A stretch of 64,000 nt of DNA. Source: an uncultured Mycoplasmatota bacterium (GTDB lineage: Bacteria > Bacillota_I > Bacilli_A > RF39 > UBA660). Below the pieces are notes generated by a model that searched no databases, had not been told where the DNA came from, and saw only the letters and a program-made list of their open reading frames with translations. Made by a program: the position numbers and the translations under genes. The stretch lies in assembly GCA_948434005.1 (NCBI GenBank), contig CAOJEH010000005.1, positions 23,372 through 87,371 on the forward strand, given 5' to 3'. Below, piece by piece: positions 47,957-57,696 of the stretch (position 1 is its first letter; the number at the start of each line of letters is the position of its first letter).

Positions 47957-48430
47957 GAAAATCACCTCTTTTAATAATCTTGTTTCTAATATCATATCAT
48001 ATTATTTAACAAATATGAAGTTCTGCTAAATAAAATTAGAAGTGAAACTTAGCTGATTTTGAGTATTTATTTTTTCTATCTAAAATCCACTCTGCAGGAT
48101 AATTATATTTTTACATAATAATAAGTTTAAAGTAGTTATAAGTATTTTTCTATTTTTTATAAGATTATCAAGTTTCTTGATTGATACCAATATTTTTCTA
48201 TATTCTATATTGTGATATTTTTTATTGTAACTTATTTATCGTTAATAATTGAAAAATTTAAATTATCATTATAAACTATATTTATATTATTAGTTGATAA
48301 TGATTTATAATAAAGAGGTTATATTAATAGTAAAATAAGTTAAAATGTTAAGTGCAGTTGACAAATTTCCAACTACAATTGGTAGAGTGCAACTATAATA
48401 AAGTATATAATTTTTTTGAGGTGAGAGAAT

Positions 48431-49054
48431 ATGGATATTGGTGAAAGACTATTAGATTTAAGAAAATCTAAGAACTTATCACAAGAAGAGGTAGCTTATA
48501 AACTTAGTGTATCTCGTCAAACTATTTCAAAGTGGGAGACTAATCAAAGTAGTCCTGACTTTGATAAGATATTACCATTATGTGATTTATATGGTGTATC
48601 TACAGATTATTTGTTAATAGGAAATATGAAAAATGATAAAGAAAGTGATATTACTAAACAAGATATAAGAGAATTAAGAGCTAAGGGTATAGGAATTTCT
48701 GTACTTATGTATATTTTATCTGTTGCATGGATAACTATTGCAATACCATTTTTGGATATGGATCCTATTTTAGCGTCATCTATATTTTTAGTTATTTGTG
48801 GAATAGCTACTTATAAGATTGTTTATACTTGTATTAGATATAAGATAAAAAAAGAAGTAAAAGAAAATAAAAATAATAAAGTTGCAAAACAAATAAATGA
48901 GATTATATCATTAATAGTAGTCATAACATATTTTATAGTTAGTTTTACTACAGGATCATGGCATATTACCTGGATACTATTTATAGTTTGCGGACTATGT
49001 GAAGCGGTAGTAAAATTAGTATTTATGCTAAAGGAGGATAATAATGAAAAATAA
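48431..49054 (+). CDS. XRE-family HTH regulator fused to membrane-spanning segments
   Basis: The N-terminal HTH (LSQEEVAYKLSVSRQTISKWETNQSSPD) is followed by three or four TM helices. Confidence 0.75.
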   Translation: MDIGERLLDLRKSKNLSQEEVAYKLSVSRQTISKWETNQSSPDFDKILPLCDLYGVSTDYLLIGNMKNDKESDITKQDIRELRAKGIGISVLMYILSVAWITIAIPFLDMDPILASSIFLVICGIATYKIVYTCIRYKIKKEVKENKNNKVAKQINEIISLIVVITYFIVSFTTGSWHITWILFIVCGLCEAVVKLVFMLKEDNNEK

Positions 49055-49925
49055 GCCACTAATTATAACATTAATATGTTTATTAGTAATTACCTCTATA
49101 GGTTTAATTATATTTATGATATCAGTTATGAATAAAAAGATAAATTTTAGAGGCTTTTCTTATACTTATAAAGTTAGTAATAAATTAGTAATGGATAAAA
49201 ACTATAATAATAAATATGATAGTATAGAAATTAATTCTAATGATGCAGATATTTATATAAAAGATACTGATGCAGATAATATTAGAGTTGTTATTTATGG
49301 TGATAAAGAAAGATTAAATGTTAAAGATGATTCAAAATTAAAAATAGAGTTTGATGCAACTAAATGTATTGGTTTTTGTTTTAATAAAAAAATAAATAAA
49401 ATAGAAGTATATTTACCTAGTAATTATAATAAAGATTTAATTATTAATAATAACTATGGTGATATAAAAATAGGTAATACTTCTGCGAATATTATAGTTA
49501 ATGAAGATTGTGGAGATGTAGAAGTATCATCTGCTAAAAAAGTTAATGTAAAAAATAAGTATGGAGATATTAATATAGGTAAGGCTACTAATATAAATAT
49601 TAAAGCTGATTGTGGAGATGTAGATATAGGAGAAGCTAATTATCTTAATGTAAGTAATAAATATGGAGATGTTACTATAGATAAAGTTAACAATTATGTA
49701 AATATTATAGATAATTGTGGAGATATAGAAATTGATAATTTAAATATTACAAAAAATTCTAAAATAGAAGATAATTATGGTGATATAGAAATAGGTAATA
49801 CTAATGAAATTTACATTGATGCTAAAACTTCTTTAGGAGATGTAGATATAAATAAAAATTATCGTAAATCTGATGTTGTTTTAGATATTAAAAATGATTG
49901 CGGAGATATAGAAGTAGATAATTAA
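49044..49925 (+). CDS. DUF4097-family beta-repeat protein (putative adhesin-like)
   Basis: An N-terminal TM anchor is followed by alternating YGD[IV]xI and CGD[IV][ED][IV] beta-strand repeats, characteristic of DUF4097. It overlaps the upstream regulator gene by 11 nt. Confidence 0.7.
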   Translation: MKNKPLIITLICLLVITSIGLIIFMISVMNKKINFRGFSYTYKVSNKLVMDKNYNNKYDSIEINSNDADIYIKDTDADNIRVVIYGDKERLNVKDDSKLKIEFDATKCIGFCFNKKINKIEVYLPSNYNKDLIINNNYGDIKIGNTSANIIVNEDCGDVEVSSAKKVNVKNKYGDINIGKATNINIKADCGDVDIGEANYLNVSNKYGDVTIDKVNNYVNIIDNCGDIEIDNLNITKNSKIEDNYGDIEIGNTNEIYIDAKTSLGDVDINKNYRKSDVVLDIKNDCGDIEVDN

Positions 49926-49962
49926 TATAAGGTATGATATTATATAAGTATAGGTGATATTT

Positions 49963-50346
49963 ATGGATATAGTAATTGAATTTGTAGTAAAGGATATATT
50001 TAAGTCTTCTGAGTTTTATACAAAGTATTTGGGATTTAATATAGAATTTACAGAGTATGAGCCAACTTCATGGATGCAATTAAGAAATGGAAATACAATT
50101 ATAATGTTAGTTACATATGATTATGCTAAAAAGGATATTCCTAATTTAAAAGATTTTTCTTTATCTACTAATTTATATAAGTTTCGTTATGATACTTTAG
50201 ATAAAGTTAAGGAAATTTATGAGAGTTTAAAAAATGATGATAAAAGAATATTTCTAGATTTAAGAAAGTCTGATTATAGATATGAGTTTGGTGTATATGA
50301 TGAAGATAATAATATGATTTTAGTTACAAAGGTGACAGATGATTAA
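49963..50346 (+). CDS. VOC/glyoxalase-bleomycin-resistance-fold protein
   Basis: About 127 aa with FVVKDIFKSSEFYTKYLGF at the N-terminus, as in VOC-family proteins. ATG 49963 follows AGGTGA. Confidence 0.5.
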   Translation: MDIVIEFVVKDIFKSSEFYTKYLGFNIEFTEYEPTSWMQLRNGNTIIMLVTYDYAKKDIPNLKDFSLSTNLYKFRYDTLDKVKEIYESLKNDDKRIFLDLRKSDYRYEFGVYDEDNNMILVTKVTDD

Positions 50347-50466
50347 AGATAATTAGGTTTAATTATCTTTTTATATTGTAGAGATATATTTCTATTAGGG
50401 TAAATCATATTATAGTATATATCTATCTAAAAAGATTGATATTAAATAAAAAAATATGAAAAAGGC

Positions 50467-50618
50467 TTGCAAAATAAGGGGAAAGTATGTTATACTTTTA
50501 TCTGTGTGACTGCTTAGATATGCGAGGTTGTCGATACGCCAGGTTAAGTTGTTAATCTGCTATCGGGTTATTTGCATGGAGCAAGTCTATACTAGATATA
50601 GGCGAAGGGAGGATTTAT
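50467..50618 (+). promoter_or_regulatory. S10 operon promoter and roughly 120-nt leader
   Basis: TTGCAA (50467-50472), an 18-nt spacer, then TATACT (50491-50496). The leader has potential pairings (gactgc / gcaagtc) and a direct repeat tagatatgcg / tagatataggcg. Confidence 0.4.
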
Positions 50619-50930
50619 ATGTCAACAGAAAAGGTTCGCATTAAGTTAAAAGCATATGATCATAGAATATTAGATAATGCTGCAACAAAAATTGTTGAAA
50701 CTATCAAAAGATCAGGTGGTATAATTTCAGGACCAGTTCCACTACCAACTGAGATTGAAAAGTTTACAATACTTAGAGCTGTTCACAAATATAAAGATTC
50801 ACGTGAACAATTCGAGATGCGTACACATAAAAGACTTATTGATATCAAAAATCCTAGCAAGGAAACTATTGATGCTTTAGCACATTTAGATTTACCTAGC
50901 GGTGTAGATATTGAAATTAAGACAAAATAA
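50619..50930 (+). CDS. rpsJ: 30S ribosomal protein S10
   Basis: [14 protein letters not shown]...[28 protein letters not shown] is an unmistakable S10 sequence. Confidence 0.97.
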   Translation: MSTEKVRIKLKAYDHRILDNAATKIVETIKRSGGIISGPVPLPTEIEKFTILRAVHKYKDSREQFEMRTHKRLIDIKNPSKETIDALAHLDLPSGVDIEIKTK

Positions 50931-50947
50931 TTTAGGAGGAAATATTT

Positions 50948-51754
50948 ATGAAAGGAATCTTAGGTAAAAAAATCGGGATGACTCAAGTATTTACTAAAGA
51001 AGGTAAATTAATTCCGGTTACTGTTGTTAGTGTGGAACCTAATGTGGTTACTCAAATTAAGACAGTTGAAAAAGATGGTTATGATGCTATACAACTTGCT
51101 ACTGAAACAGTAAGAGAAAAAGTTAGTAATAAACCAAAGATGGGTCATACAAACAAAGCAAATACAACACCTAAGCGCTTCTTAAGAGAAATTAGAGGTG
51201 TGAATACAGCTGATTATACTTTAGGGCAAACAGTTAGTGTTGATATCTTTAGCGAAGGTGAAATGGTAGACGTTAGTGGAGTTAGTAAAGGTAAAGGCTT
51301 CCAAGGAGTTATTAAACGTCACAATCAATCATGTGGTCCAATGGGACATGGTTCTCAATATCATAGAGGTGTAGGATCACTTGGTACGATGTTACCAATG
51401 CACGTATTGAAAGGTAAAAAAATGCCTGGACATATGGGTAACGTTAATAGAACAATTCAAAATCTTGAAGTTGTATCTATAGATAAAGAAAATAATTTAA
51501 TCCTTATTAAAGGAAATGTTCCAGGTCCAAAACAATCATTAGTTATAATTCGTACAGCGGTTAAGAATCCAGATGCTAAGAAAACACCAGCAGATTTAAT
51601 ATCTTATGTAGAGAAAGTAGAAACTCTTGAAGAAGAAAATCAAGAAGAAGTTGTAGAAACTATAGTTGAAGAAACTAAAGAAGAAACAGCTACTGAAACA
51701 ACTGAGGTTCTTGAAGAAACTACTACTGATGCAGAAGAAACTGCAGCTGAATAG
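50948..51754 (+). CDS. rplC: 50S ribosomal protein L3 with an acidic C-terminal extension
   Basis: [15 protein letters not shown]...[12 protein letters not shown] is L3. A 61-aa E/T-rich tail follows the usual end (see findings). Confidence 0.95.
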   Translation: MKGILGKKIGMTQVFTKEGKLIPVTVVSVEPNVVTQIKTVEKDGYDAIQLATETVREKVSNKPKMGHTNKANTTPKRFLREIRGVNTADYTLGQTVSVDIFSEGEMVDVSGVSKGKGFQGVIKRHNQSCGPMGHGSQYHRGVGSLGTMLPMHVLKGKKMPGHMGNVNRTIQNLEVVSIDKENNLILIKGNVPGPKQSLVIIRTAVKNPDAKKTPADLISYVEKVETLEEENQEEVVETIVEETKEETATETTEVLEETTTDAEETAAE

Positions 51755-51816
51755 TCATCACAGGGCGATATATAAAATGATTAAGTTAGTAAATTGTGAT
51801 GGAAGGAGGAAAAGAT

Positions 51817-52443
51817 ATGAAAAAAGTTGATATTTTCAATCTTAAAGGTGAAAAAATTAATGATGTTAAATTAAATGACAATATATTTGGAATTACTCCA
51901 AATGATAAAGTTTTATATGATGCAATTATTTTAGGACGTGCATCACTTAGACAAGGAACACATTCCACTAAAACTCGTTCAGAAGTTAGAGGTGGAGGAA
52001 GAAAACCATGGAGACAAAAAGGAACTGGACATGCTCGTCAAGGTTCTATTAGAGCTGTACAATGGGTAGGTGGAGGAAGATATGGAACTCCAGTACCTCG
52101 TGATTACAGCAAAAAAATGAATCGTAAAGAAAGAGTTATTGCTATTAAATCAGCATATGCTCACAAAGCTATTGATAACGAAATTATAGTTTTAGAGGAT
52201 TTAGTATTATCAACTCCAAAAACTAAAGATTTCATTAAAGTATTAGATTCATTAAAAATTACAGATAAGAAGATATTATTAGTAGTTAAAGAATTAGATG
52301 AAAACGTAATTTTAGCTACTCGTAATTTAAGTAATATAATATTAGTAACACCAGAAGAAATTAGTGTGTTAGATCTAGTTGGAGCTGATTTATTAGTTGC
52401 AACAAGTGATGCATTAAAACGCATTGAGGAGGTGCTAGCATAA
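51817..52443 (+). CDS. rplD: 50S ribosomal protein L4
   Basis: Starts at ATG 51817 after [28 protein letters not shown] is diagnostic. Confidence 0.95.
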   Translation: MKKVDIFNLKGEKINDVKLNDNIFGITPNDKVLYDAIILGRASLRQGTHSTKTRSEVRGGGRKPWRQKGTGHARQGSIRAVQWVGGGRYGTPVPRDYSKKMNRKERVIAIKSAYAHKAIDNEIIVLEDLVLSTPKTKDFIKVLDSLKITDKKILLVVKELDENVILATRNLSNIILVTPEEISVLDLVGADLLVATSDALKRIEEVLA

Positions 52444-52727
52444 TGACAGATACTAAATATTTAGATATTATTAAAGCACCAGTTATTACTGAAAAAAGTG
52501 AGATGGCAAAACAATCAGGTCAATATACATTTAAGGTTGATCCTAAAGCTAATAAAACAGAAATAAAAAGTGCTATTGAAAAAATATTTAATGTAAAGGT
52601 TGCTTCAATTAAAACAATTAATGAAAAACCTAAGAAAAGAAGAGTCGGCCGTTATAGTGGTATGACAAATAGATCTAAGAAAGCTATTGTTACACTAAAA
52701 GACGGTGGAACAATAGATCTTGGTTAA
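52443..52727 (+). CDS. rplW: 50S ribosomal protein L23
   Basis: [11 protein letters not shown]...[23 protein letters not shown] is an L23 sequence. Confidence 0.95.
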   Translation: MTDTKYLDIIKAPVITEKSEMAKQSGQYTFKVDPKANKTEIKSAIEKIFNVKVASIKTINEKPKKRRVGRYSGMTNRSKKAIVTLKDGGTIDLG

Positions 52728-52741
52728 GGAGGAGATAAACT

Positions 52742-53572
52742 ATGGCAATAAAAAGTTATAACCCTACTACACCAGGACGTAGAGGAATGAGTACTTTAAT
52801 AAATAGTGAGATTACAAAAAGTACTCCAGAAAAAAGTTTAACCGTTATTATTAAGAAAAATGGTGGACGTAATAATCAAGGTAAGATAACAGTTCGTCAT
52901 CACGGTGGAGGAGCTAGAAGAAAATATCGTATCATTGATTTTAAAAGAAATAAATTAAACGTACCTGGAGTTGTAGCGAGTATTGAATATGATCCAAATA
53001 GAACTGCAAATATCGCTTTAATAAATTATGTAGATGGAGAAAAAAGATATATTATTGCTCCTAAGAATTTAAAAGTTGGTATGGAAGTTATGTCTGGTGA
53101 AGGTGCTGATATTAAAGTTGGTAATGCCTTACCTTTAATGTCAATACCAGTAGGAACTACAATACATAATATTGAACTTCGTCCTGGTAAAGGTGGAGAA
53201 TTAGCTAGATCAGCTGGAGCTTCAGCTCAAATACTTGGACGTGAAGGTAAATATGTAATGATTAGATTATCAAGTGGAGAACAAAGAAAAGTTCTTGGAA
53301 CTTGTATGGCAACAATTGGTGAAGTTGGAAATGAAGATTCATCACTTGTAAAAGTAGGTAAAGCAGGACGTAAACGTCATATGGGAGTAAGACCTACAGT
53401 ACGTGGTTCAGTTATGAATCCTAATGACCATCCACACGGTGGTGGTGAAGGACGTGCGCCAATCGGACGTAAAGCACCAGTTACACCTTGGGGTAAACCT
53501 GCACTTGGATATAAGACACGTAAGAAAAAACAATCTGATAAATTTATAGTACGTCGTCGTAATGGTAAATAG
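52742..53572 (+). CDS. rplB: 50S ribosomal protein L2
   Basis: [16 protein letters not shown] and [14 protein letters not shown] are L2 motifs. Confidence 0.97.
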   Translation: MAIKSYNPTTPGRRGMSTLINSEITKSTPEKSLTVIIKKNGGRNNQGKITVRHHGGGARRKYRIIDFKRNKLNVPGVVASIEYDPNRTANIALINYVDGEKRYIIAPKNLKVGMEVMSGEGADIKVGNALPLMSIPVGTTIHNIELRPGKGGELARSAGASAQILGREGKYVMIRLSSGEQRKVLGTCMATIGEVGNEDSSLVKVGKAGRKRHMGVRPTVRGSVMNPNDHPHGGGEGRAPIGRKAPVTPWGKPALGYKTRKKKQSDKFIVRRRNGK

Positions 53573-53587
53573 AAAGGATGATATAAA

Positions 53588-53854
53588 ATGGCAAGAAGTT
53601 TAAAAAAAGGACCTTATGTATTTGAAAGATTATTAAAAAAGGTTCAAGAGTTAAATAAGTCTGGAAAAAAAGAAGTTATAAAAACTTGGTCACGTCGTTC
53701 TACTATTTTTCCTGATTTTATAGGACACACATTTGCAGTTCACAACGGTCGTGAATTCATACCAGTTTATGTTACCGAAGATATGGTAGGACATAAGCTT
53801 GGGGAATTTGCATTAACTCGTAAATTCGGTGGACATGGTTCAGATAAGAAATAA
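53588..53854 (+). CDS. rpsS: 30S ribosomal protein S19
   Basis: [11 protein letters not shown]...[22 protein letters not shown] is an S19 sequence. Confidence 0.97.
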   Translation: MARSLKKGPYVFERLLKKVQELNKSGKKEVIKTWSRRSTIFPDFIGHTFAVHNGREFIPVYVTEDMVGHKLGEFALTRKFGGHGSDKK

Positions 53855-53877
53855 AAAAATGACTAGGAGGATATAAT

Positions 53878-54210
53878 ATGGAAGCAAAGGCAAGTGCTAA
53901 GACACTTCGTATTTCTCCAATTAGAGCTCGTTTAGTAATAGATCTAATTCGTGGAAAAAGTACAAGTGAAGCATTAAACATATTAATAAATAAAAACAAT
54001 AAAGCAGCTAGACTTACAAAAAAAGTTTTAGATTCTGCTATTGCTAATGCTATTAATAATGAAGGTGCTCAAGAAGACACTTTATATGTTAAAGAAGCAA
54101 GAGTAGACGCTGGTCCTGTTATGAAACGTCATATGTTTGATTCTCGTTCTCATATAGGACATAACAATCATAGAACTAGTCACATAATTATAGTAGTGGC
54201 TACAAAATAA
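53878..54210 (+). CDS. rplV: 50S ribosomal protein L22
   Basis: [18 protein letters not shown] and its operon position identify it as L22. Confidence 0.95.
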   Translation: MEAKASAKTLRISPIRARLVIDLIRGKSTSEALNILINKNNKAARLTKKVLDSAIANAINNEGAQEDTLYVKEARVDAGPVMKRHMFDSRSHIGHNNHRTSHIIIVVATK

Positions 54211-54227
54211 TTAAAGGAGGTTACAGT

Positions 54228-54881
54228 ATGGGACAAAAAGTAAATCCTAATGGACTAAGGCTTGGTATTAATAAAGACTGGGAAGCTAGATGGTATTCAA
54301 ATAAAAAGGATTTTTCTAAAAACTTAAATAAAGATATAAAAATTCGTGAGTATTTAGAAAAGAATATGAAATCAGCTGGTATTGCTAAAGTTGAAATTGA
54401 AAGAAATGCCAAGAGATGTGAGGTAGTTATTCATACTTCTAAACCGGGTGTTATGATTGGACGCGGGGGAGAAGAAATAGAAAAACTAAAGAAAAAGTTA
54501 TCAAGTATTGTTTTAGAAAATGTTCAAATATCAATAGTTGATATTAAAAAAGTAGATTTAAATGCAGAGCTAGTTGCTCAGTCAATTGCAAATCAAATTA
54601 GTAATAGAGCATCATTCCGTATGGCTCAAAAACGTGCTATAAGAAATGCTATGAAAGCAGGAGCTAAAGGAATTAAAACATCAGTATCTGGACGTTTAGG
54701 CGGAGCAGATATGGCACGTAGTGAAGGATACACAGAAGGAACTATTCCTCTACATACATTAAGAGCAGATGTTGATTATGCACAAGCAGAAGCTGATACA
54801 ACATTTGGTAAAATTGGTGTAAAGGTATGGATCTATAAAGGTGAAATCCTAAATTCTAAAAAGACTAAGGGAGGTAATTAA
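54228..54881 (+). CDS. rpsC: 30S ribosomal protein S3
   Basis: [14 protein letters not shown]...[14 protein letters not shown] (KH domain). Confidence 0.97.
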   Translation: MGQKVNPNGLRLGINKDWEARWYSNKKDFSKNLNKDIKIREYLEKNMKSAGIAKVEIERNAKRCEVVIHTSKPGVMIGRGGEEIEKLKKKLSSIVLENVQISIVDIKKVDLNAELVAQSIANQISNRASFRMAQKRAIRNAMKAGAKGIKTSVSGRLGGADMARSEGYTEGTIPLHTLRADVDYAQAEADTTFGKIGVKVWIYKGEILNSKKTKGGN

Positions 54882-54882
54882 T

Positions 54883-55302
54883 ATGTTAATACCATCAAGA
54901 ACTAAATATCGTCGTGTTCATAGATTACCTTATGAAGGAAAGTCTAGAGGAAATACAACATTAAGCTTTGGTGATTATGGACTTCAAGCTAAAAAAGGTG
55001 CTTGGATTACAGCTAATCAAATTGAAGCAGCTCGTGTTGCTATGACTCGTTATATGAAACGTGGCGGTAAAGTTTGGATAAATATATTTCCACATATGCC
55101 ACTTACTAAAAAGCCAATAGGTACTCGTCAAGGAAAAGGTAAAGGTAATGTTGAAGGATGGGTTGCAGTTGTTAAGGAAGGTAAAATCATGTTTGAAATT
55201 TCTGGTGTAACAGAAGAAGTAGCACGTGAAGCCTTAAGATTAGCATCTCATAAATTACCTGTTCCCACAAAATTTGTAAAGAAAGAAAATGGTGGTGAAT
55301 AA
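54883..55302 (+). CDS. rplP: 50S ribosomal protein L16
   Basis: [14 protein letters not shown]...[25 protein letters not shown] is an L16 sequence. Confidence 0.97.
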   Translation: MLIPSRTKYRRVHRLPYEGKSRGNTTLSFGDYGLQAKKGAWITANQIEAARVAMTRYMKRGGKVWINIFPHMPLTKKPIGTRQGKGKGNVEGWVAVVKEGKIMFEISGVTEEVAREALRLASHKLPVPTKFVKKENGGE

Positions 55303-55303
55303 T

Positions 55304-55504
55304 ATGAAGGTTGCAGAAATTAGAGAATTATCTACTGAAGATATCGAAAAGAAACTAGTAGAAACTAAAAAAGAATTATTTAATCTACGTTTTCAACAAG
55401 CTACAGGTAATCTTGAAAAACCTTCAAGAATTAGAGATTTAAGACACACCGTTGCTAGAATGAAGACAGTTCTAAAAGAACGTCAAGTAGAGGCAAATGA
55501 TTAG
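55304..55504 (+). CDS. rpmC: 50S ribosomal protein L29
   Basis: ATG 55304 ([26 protein letters not shown]) lies directly after the L16 stop. The ORF-track start at 55289 overlaps L16. Confidence 0.93.
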   Translation: MKVAEIRELSTEDIEKKLVETKKELFNLRFQQATGNLEKPSRIRDLRHTVARMKTVLKERQVEAND

Positions 55505-55514
55505 GAGGATGAAT

Positions 55515-55775
55515 ATGGAAAAAACTATTAAGAAAGAGTTAGTTGGAAAAGTTGTTAGTGCTACTAATAATAAAACTATTACAGTATTAGTCGAAAGTTA
55601 TAAGAATCATCCATTATATCATAAAAGAGTTAAAAGCTCTAAGAAATATTGTGTTCATGATGAAACAAATAAAGCTAAAGTTGGAGATGTTGTTCGTATC
55701 GTTTCAACTAGACCAATATCTAAAACTAAGCATTTCTATTTAAAAGAAATAGTAAAAGAAGCAGTTATTATTTAA
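55515..55775 (+). CDS. rpsQ: 30S ribosomal protein S17
   Basis: ATG 55515 follows GGAGG. LVGKVVS...KTITVLVE...HPLYHKRV is an S17 sequence. Confidence 0.93.
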   Translation: MEKTIKKELVGKVVSATNNKTITVLVESYKNHPLYHKRVKSSKKYCVHDETNKAKVGDVVRIVSTRPISKTKHFYLKEIVKEAVII

Positions 55776-55799
55776 CGCTTAGGTGAGGAGGAATAATTT

Positions 55800-56168
55800 A
55801 TGTTACAACAAGAAAGTCGTATGAAAGTTGCTGACAATTCTGGAGCACGTGAATTACTAGTAATTCGTGTACTTGGTGGAAGTAACAGAAAAACAGGAAA
55901 TATCGGTGATGTTGTTGTTGGTACAGTTAAAAATGCTATACCAAATTCAAACATGCAAAAGGGTAAAGTTGTAAAAGCAGTTATCGTTCGTAGCCGTCAA
56001 GGTGTTCGTCGTGAAGATGGAAGTTATATTAAGTTCGATGACAATGCTTGTGTCATTATTAAAGATGACAAGAGTCCAGTAGGAACTCGTATTTTTGGAC
56101 CAGTAGCAAGAGAACTTCGTGATAAAGATTATATGAGAATAGTTTCTTTAGCAAAAGAAGTGCTATAA
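55800..56168 (+). CDS. rplN: 50S ribosomal protein L14
   Basis: [18 protein letters not shown] is an L14 sequence. Confidence 0.97.
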   Translation: MLQQESRMKVADNSGARELLVIRVLGGSNRKTGNIGDVVVGTVKNAIPNSNMQKGKVVKAVIVRSRQGVRREDGSYIKFDDNACVIIKDDKSPVGTRIFGPVARELRDKDYMRIVSLAKEVL

Positions 56169-56180
56169 GAGGAGGATAAT

Positions 56181-56489
56181 ATGTACTTAAAAGTAGGAGA
56201 CAAGGTTGTAGTTAAAACTGGTTCTGATAAAGGAAAAGAAGGAAAGATAATTAACATAGATAGAGCTAAGAATAGAGTTACAGTTGAAGGCGTACATATG
56301 GTAAAAAAACATCAAAAAGGTAATGGTCAAGAAGCTGGTGGAATTATTGAAATGGAAGCTTCTATTGATGCATCAAATGTTCAAATTATCGATCCTAAGA
56401 CTAAAAAAGGAACTAGAATTGGACACACAACTGATAAAAATGGTAAAAAAATAAGAATATCAAAAAAATCAAATGAAAAACTTGATTAA
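56181..56489 (+). CDS. rplX: 50S ribosomal protein L24
   Basis: It has a KOW motif (VGDKVVVKTGSDKGKEGKI) and the expected operon position. Confidence 0.95.
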   Translation: MYLKVGDKVVVKTGSDKGKEGKIINIDRAKNRVTVEGVHMVKKHQKGNGQEAGGIIEMEASIDASNVQIIDPKTKKGTRIGHTTDKNGKKIRISKKSNEKLD

Positions 56490-56507
56490 TTGGAAGGAGG
56501 GTGAATT

Positions 56508-57047
56508 ATGAACCGCCTAAAAGAGAAATACTTAAAAGAAGTTGTTCCAAGTTTAATGAGTAAATATAATTATAAATCAGTAATGGAAGCTCCTAAACTT
56601 GAAAAAATTGTTATAAATATGGGAGTTGGTGATGCTACTACTAATTCTAAATTAATGGATGCAGCTGTAGCAGATTTAGCAAAGATTTCTGGACAAAAAC
56701 CGGTAGTTACAAGAGCTAGAAAATCAATCGCAGGATTTAAGGTAAGAGAAGGACAAGCAATTGGTTGTAAAGTTACACTTAGAGGAGACAATATGTATGA
56801 CTTTATGGATAAATTGATATCTATATCTTTGCCACAAGTTCGTGATTTTAGAGGTGTATCTCCAAAAGCATTTGATGGTAGAGGTAACTACACAATGGGA
56901 ATTAAAGAACAATTAATCTTTGCAGAAATAGATTATGATGATGTTGTTAAAGTTCGTGGTATGGATATAGTATTCGTAACCACAGCTAAAACTAATGAGG
57001 AATCATTCGACTTGTTAAATGGACTTGGAATTCCTTTTAGAAAGTAA
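56508..57047 (+). CDS. rplE: 50S ribosomal protein L5
   Basis: MNRLKEKY...[12 protein letters not shown]...[18 protein letters not shown] is an L5 sequence. Confidence 0.97.
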   Translation: MNRLKEKYLKEVVPSLMSKYNYKSVMEAPKLEKIVINMGVGDATTNSKLMDAAVADLAKISGQKPVVTRARKSIAGFKVREGQAIGCKVTLRGDNMYDFMDKLISISLPQVRDFRGVSPKAFDGRGNYTMGIKEQLIFAEIDYDDVVKVRGMDIVFVTTAKTNEESFDLLNGLGIPFRK

Positions 57048-57060
57048 TTGGAGGGTAGAA

Positions 57061-57246
57061 ATGGCAAAAAAGAGTATGATTGTAAAAGCTAATAGACCAC
57101 AAAAATTCAAAGTACGTGAATACACAAGATGTTCAAGATGCGGAAGACCACATGCTGTTATGAGTAAATTTGGTGTATGTCGTATTTGCTTTCGTGAATT
57201 AGCTTATAAAGGACAAATACCAGGTGTTAAGAAATCAAGCTGGTAA
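57061..57246 (+). CDS. rpsN: 30S ribosomal protein S14, zinc-binding type Z
   Basis: A 61-aa protein [10 protein letters not shown]... with CSRCGRP...CRIC (C-x2-C / C-x2-C). ATG 57061 follows GGAGGG; the ORF-track start at 57019 lies inside rplE. Confidence 0.95.
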   Translation: MAKKSMIVKANRPQKFKVREYTRCSRCGRPHAVMSKFGVCRICFRELAYKGQIPGVKKSSW

Positions 57247-57267
57247 TTTGGAAAGGAGGAAATAATT

Positions 57268-57669
57268 ATGGCAGTAGTAACAGATACAATTGCAGATATG
57301 TTAACACGTATTCGTAATGCTAACCAAATGCGTTATGAAGAAGTAAAAGTTCCTGCTTCAAAGGTAAAAGCTGAAATTGCTAGAATCTTAAAGGAAGCTG
57401 GATTTATAAAAGATTACAAATTAGTTAAAGAAGATGTTCAAGGAACTCTAGTTTTAACTTTAAAATATACTGAAACACGTGAAAGAGTTATCACTGGACT
57501 TAAAAGAATTTCCAAACCAGGACTTCGTGTTTATGCGAAAAATGATGAAATTCCTAAAGTTTTAAATGGTTTAGGTATTGCTATCATTTCAACATCTAAA
57601 GGAATAATGACAGATAAAGAAGCTCGTAAAGAAAATATAGGTGGAGAAGTTCTAGCTTATATTTGGTAA
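57268..57669 (+). CDS. rpsH: 30S ribosomal protein S8
   Basis: [15 protein letters not shown] is an S8 motif. Confidence 0.97.
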   Translation: MAVVTDTIADMLTRIRNANQMRYEEVKVPASKVKAEIARILKEAGFIKDYKLVKEDVQGTLVLTLKYTETRERVITGLKRISKPGLRVYAKNDEIPKVLNGLGIAIISTSKGIMTDKEARKENIGGEVLAYIW

Positions 57670-57696
57670 TTTAAATAAATATAAGGAGGTGTTATA

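Noticed and set aside
37953-48000. I considered whether the holin / endolysin / tail-fibre genes mark an intact or recently integrated prophage.
   Set aside because: There is no integrase, excisionase, replication, terminase, portal, capsid, tail-tube or tape-measure gene in the locus or its flanks (dinB upstream; XRE-TM, DUF4097 and the S10 operon downstream). The gene order is also wrong for a phage late operon, because lysis precedes the fibre. At most this is a domesticated remnant, which is why it is reported as a toxin-release candidate instead.
49400-49900. I considered whether the periodic sequence in 49044-49925 is a CRISPR-like or tandem DNA repeat.
   Set aside because: The periodicity is at the protein level (YGDIxI / CGDVxV beta-strand repeats of a DUF4097-type protein). 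The DNA copies are divergent and there are no spacer-like unique segments.
50497-50618. I considered whether the S10 operon leader is a known riboswitch or a named ribosomal-protein leader.
   Set aside because: I can see possible pairings but cannot match them by eye to any defined Rfam family. It is kept only as a low-confidence leader feature.
909-56912. There are many 60-134-aa ORFs in the track lying antisense to, or out of frame within, strongly identified genes. Examples: 909-1094, 1773-1961, 2039-2332, 2660-2941, 3751-3966, 6028-6300, 16521-16745, 22244-22567, 25616-26020, 29246-29428, 39956-40156, 43434-43655, 46938-47219, 47343-47537, 48823-49059, 51786-51968, 52161-52424, 53772-53999, 54221-54412, 55772-55954, 56570-56791, 56724-56912. 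Later examples are 58127-58336, 60744-60932, 61756-61962 and 62154-62357.
   Set aside because: Each overlaps a conserved protein-coding frame and lacks a convincing RBS. Their translations are low-complexity (Ser/Ile/Leu/Phe-rich), as expected from reading AT-rich genes in the wrong frame. I treat them as spurious.
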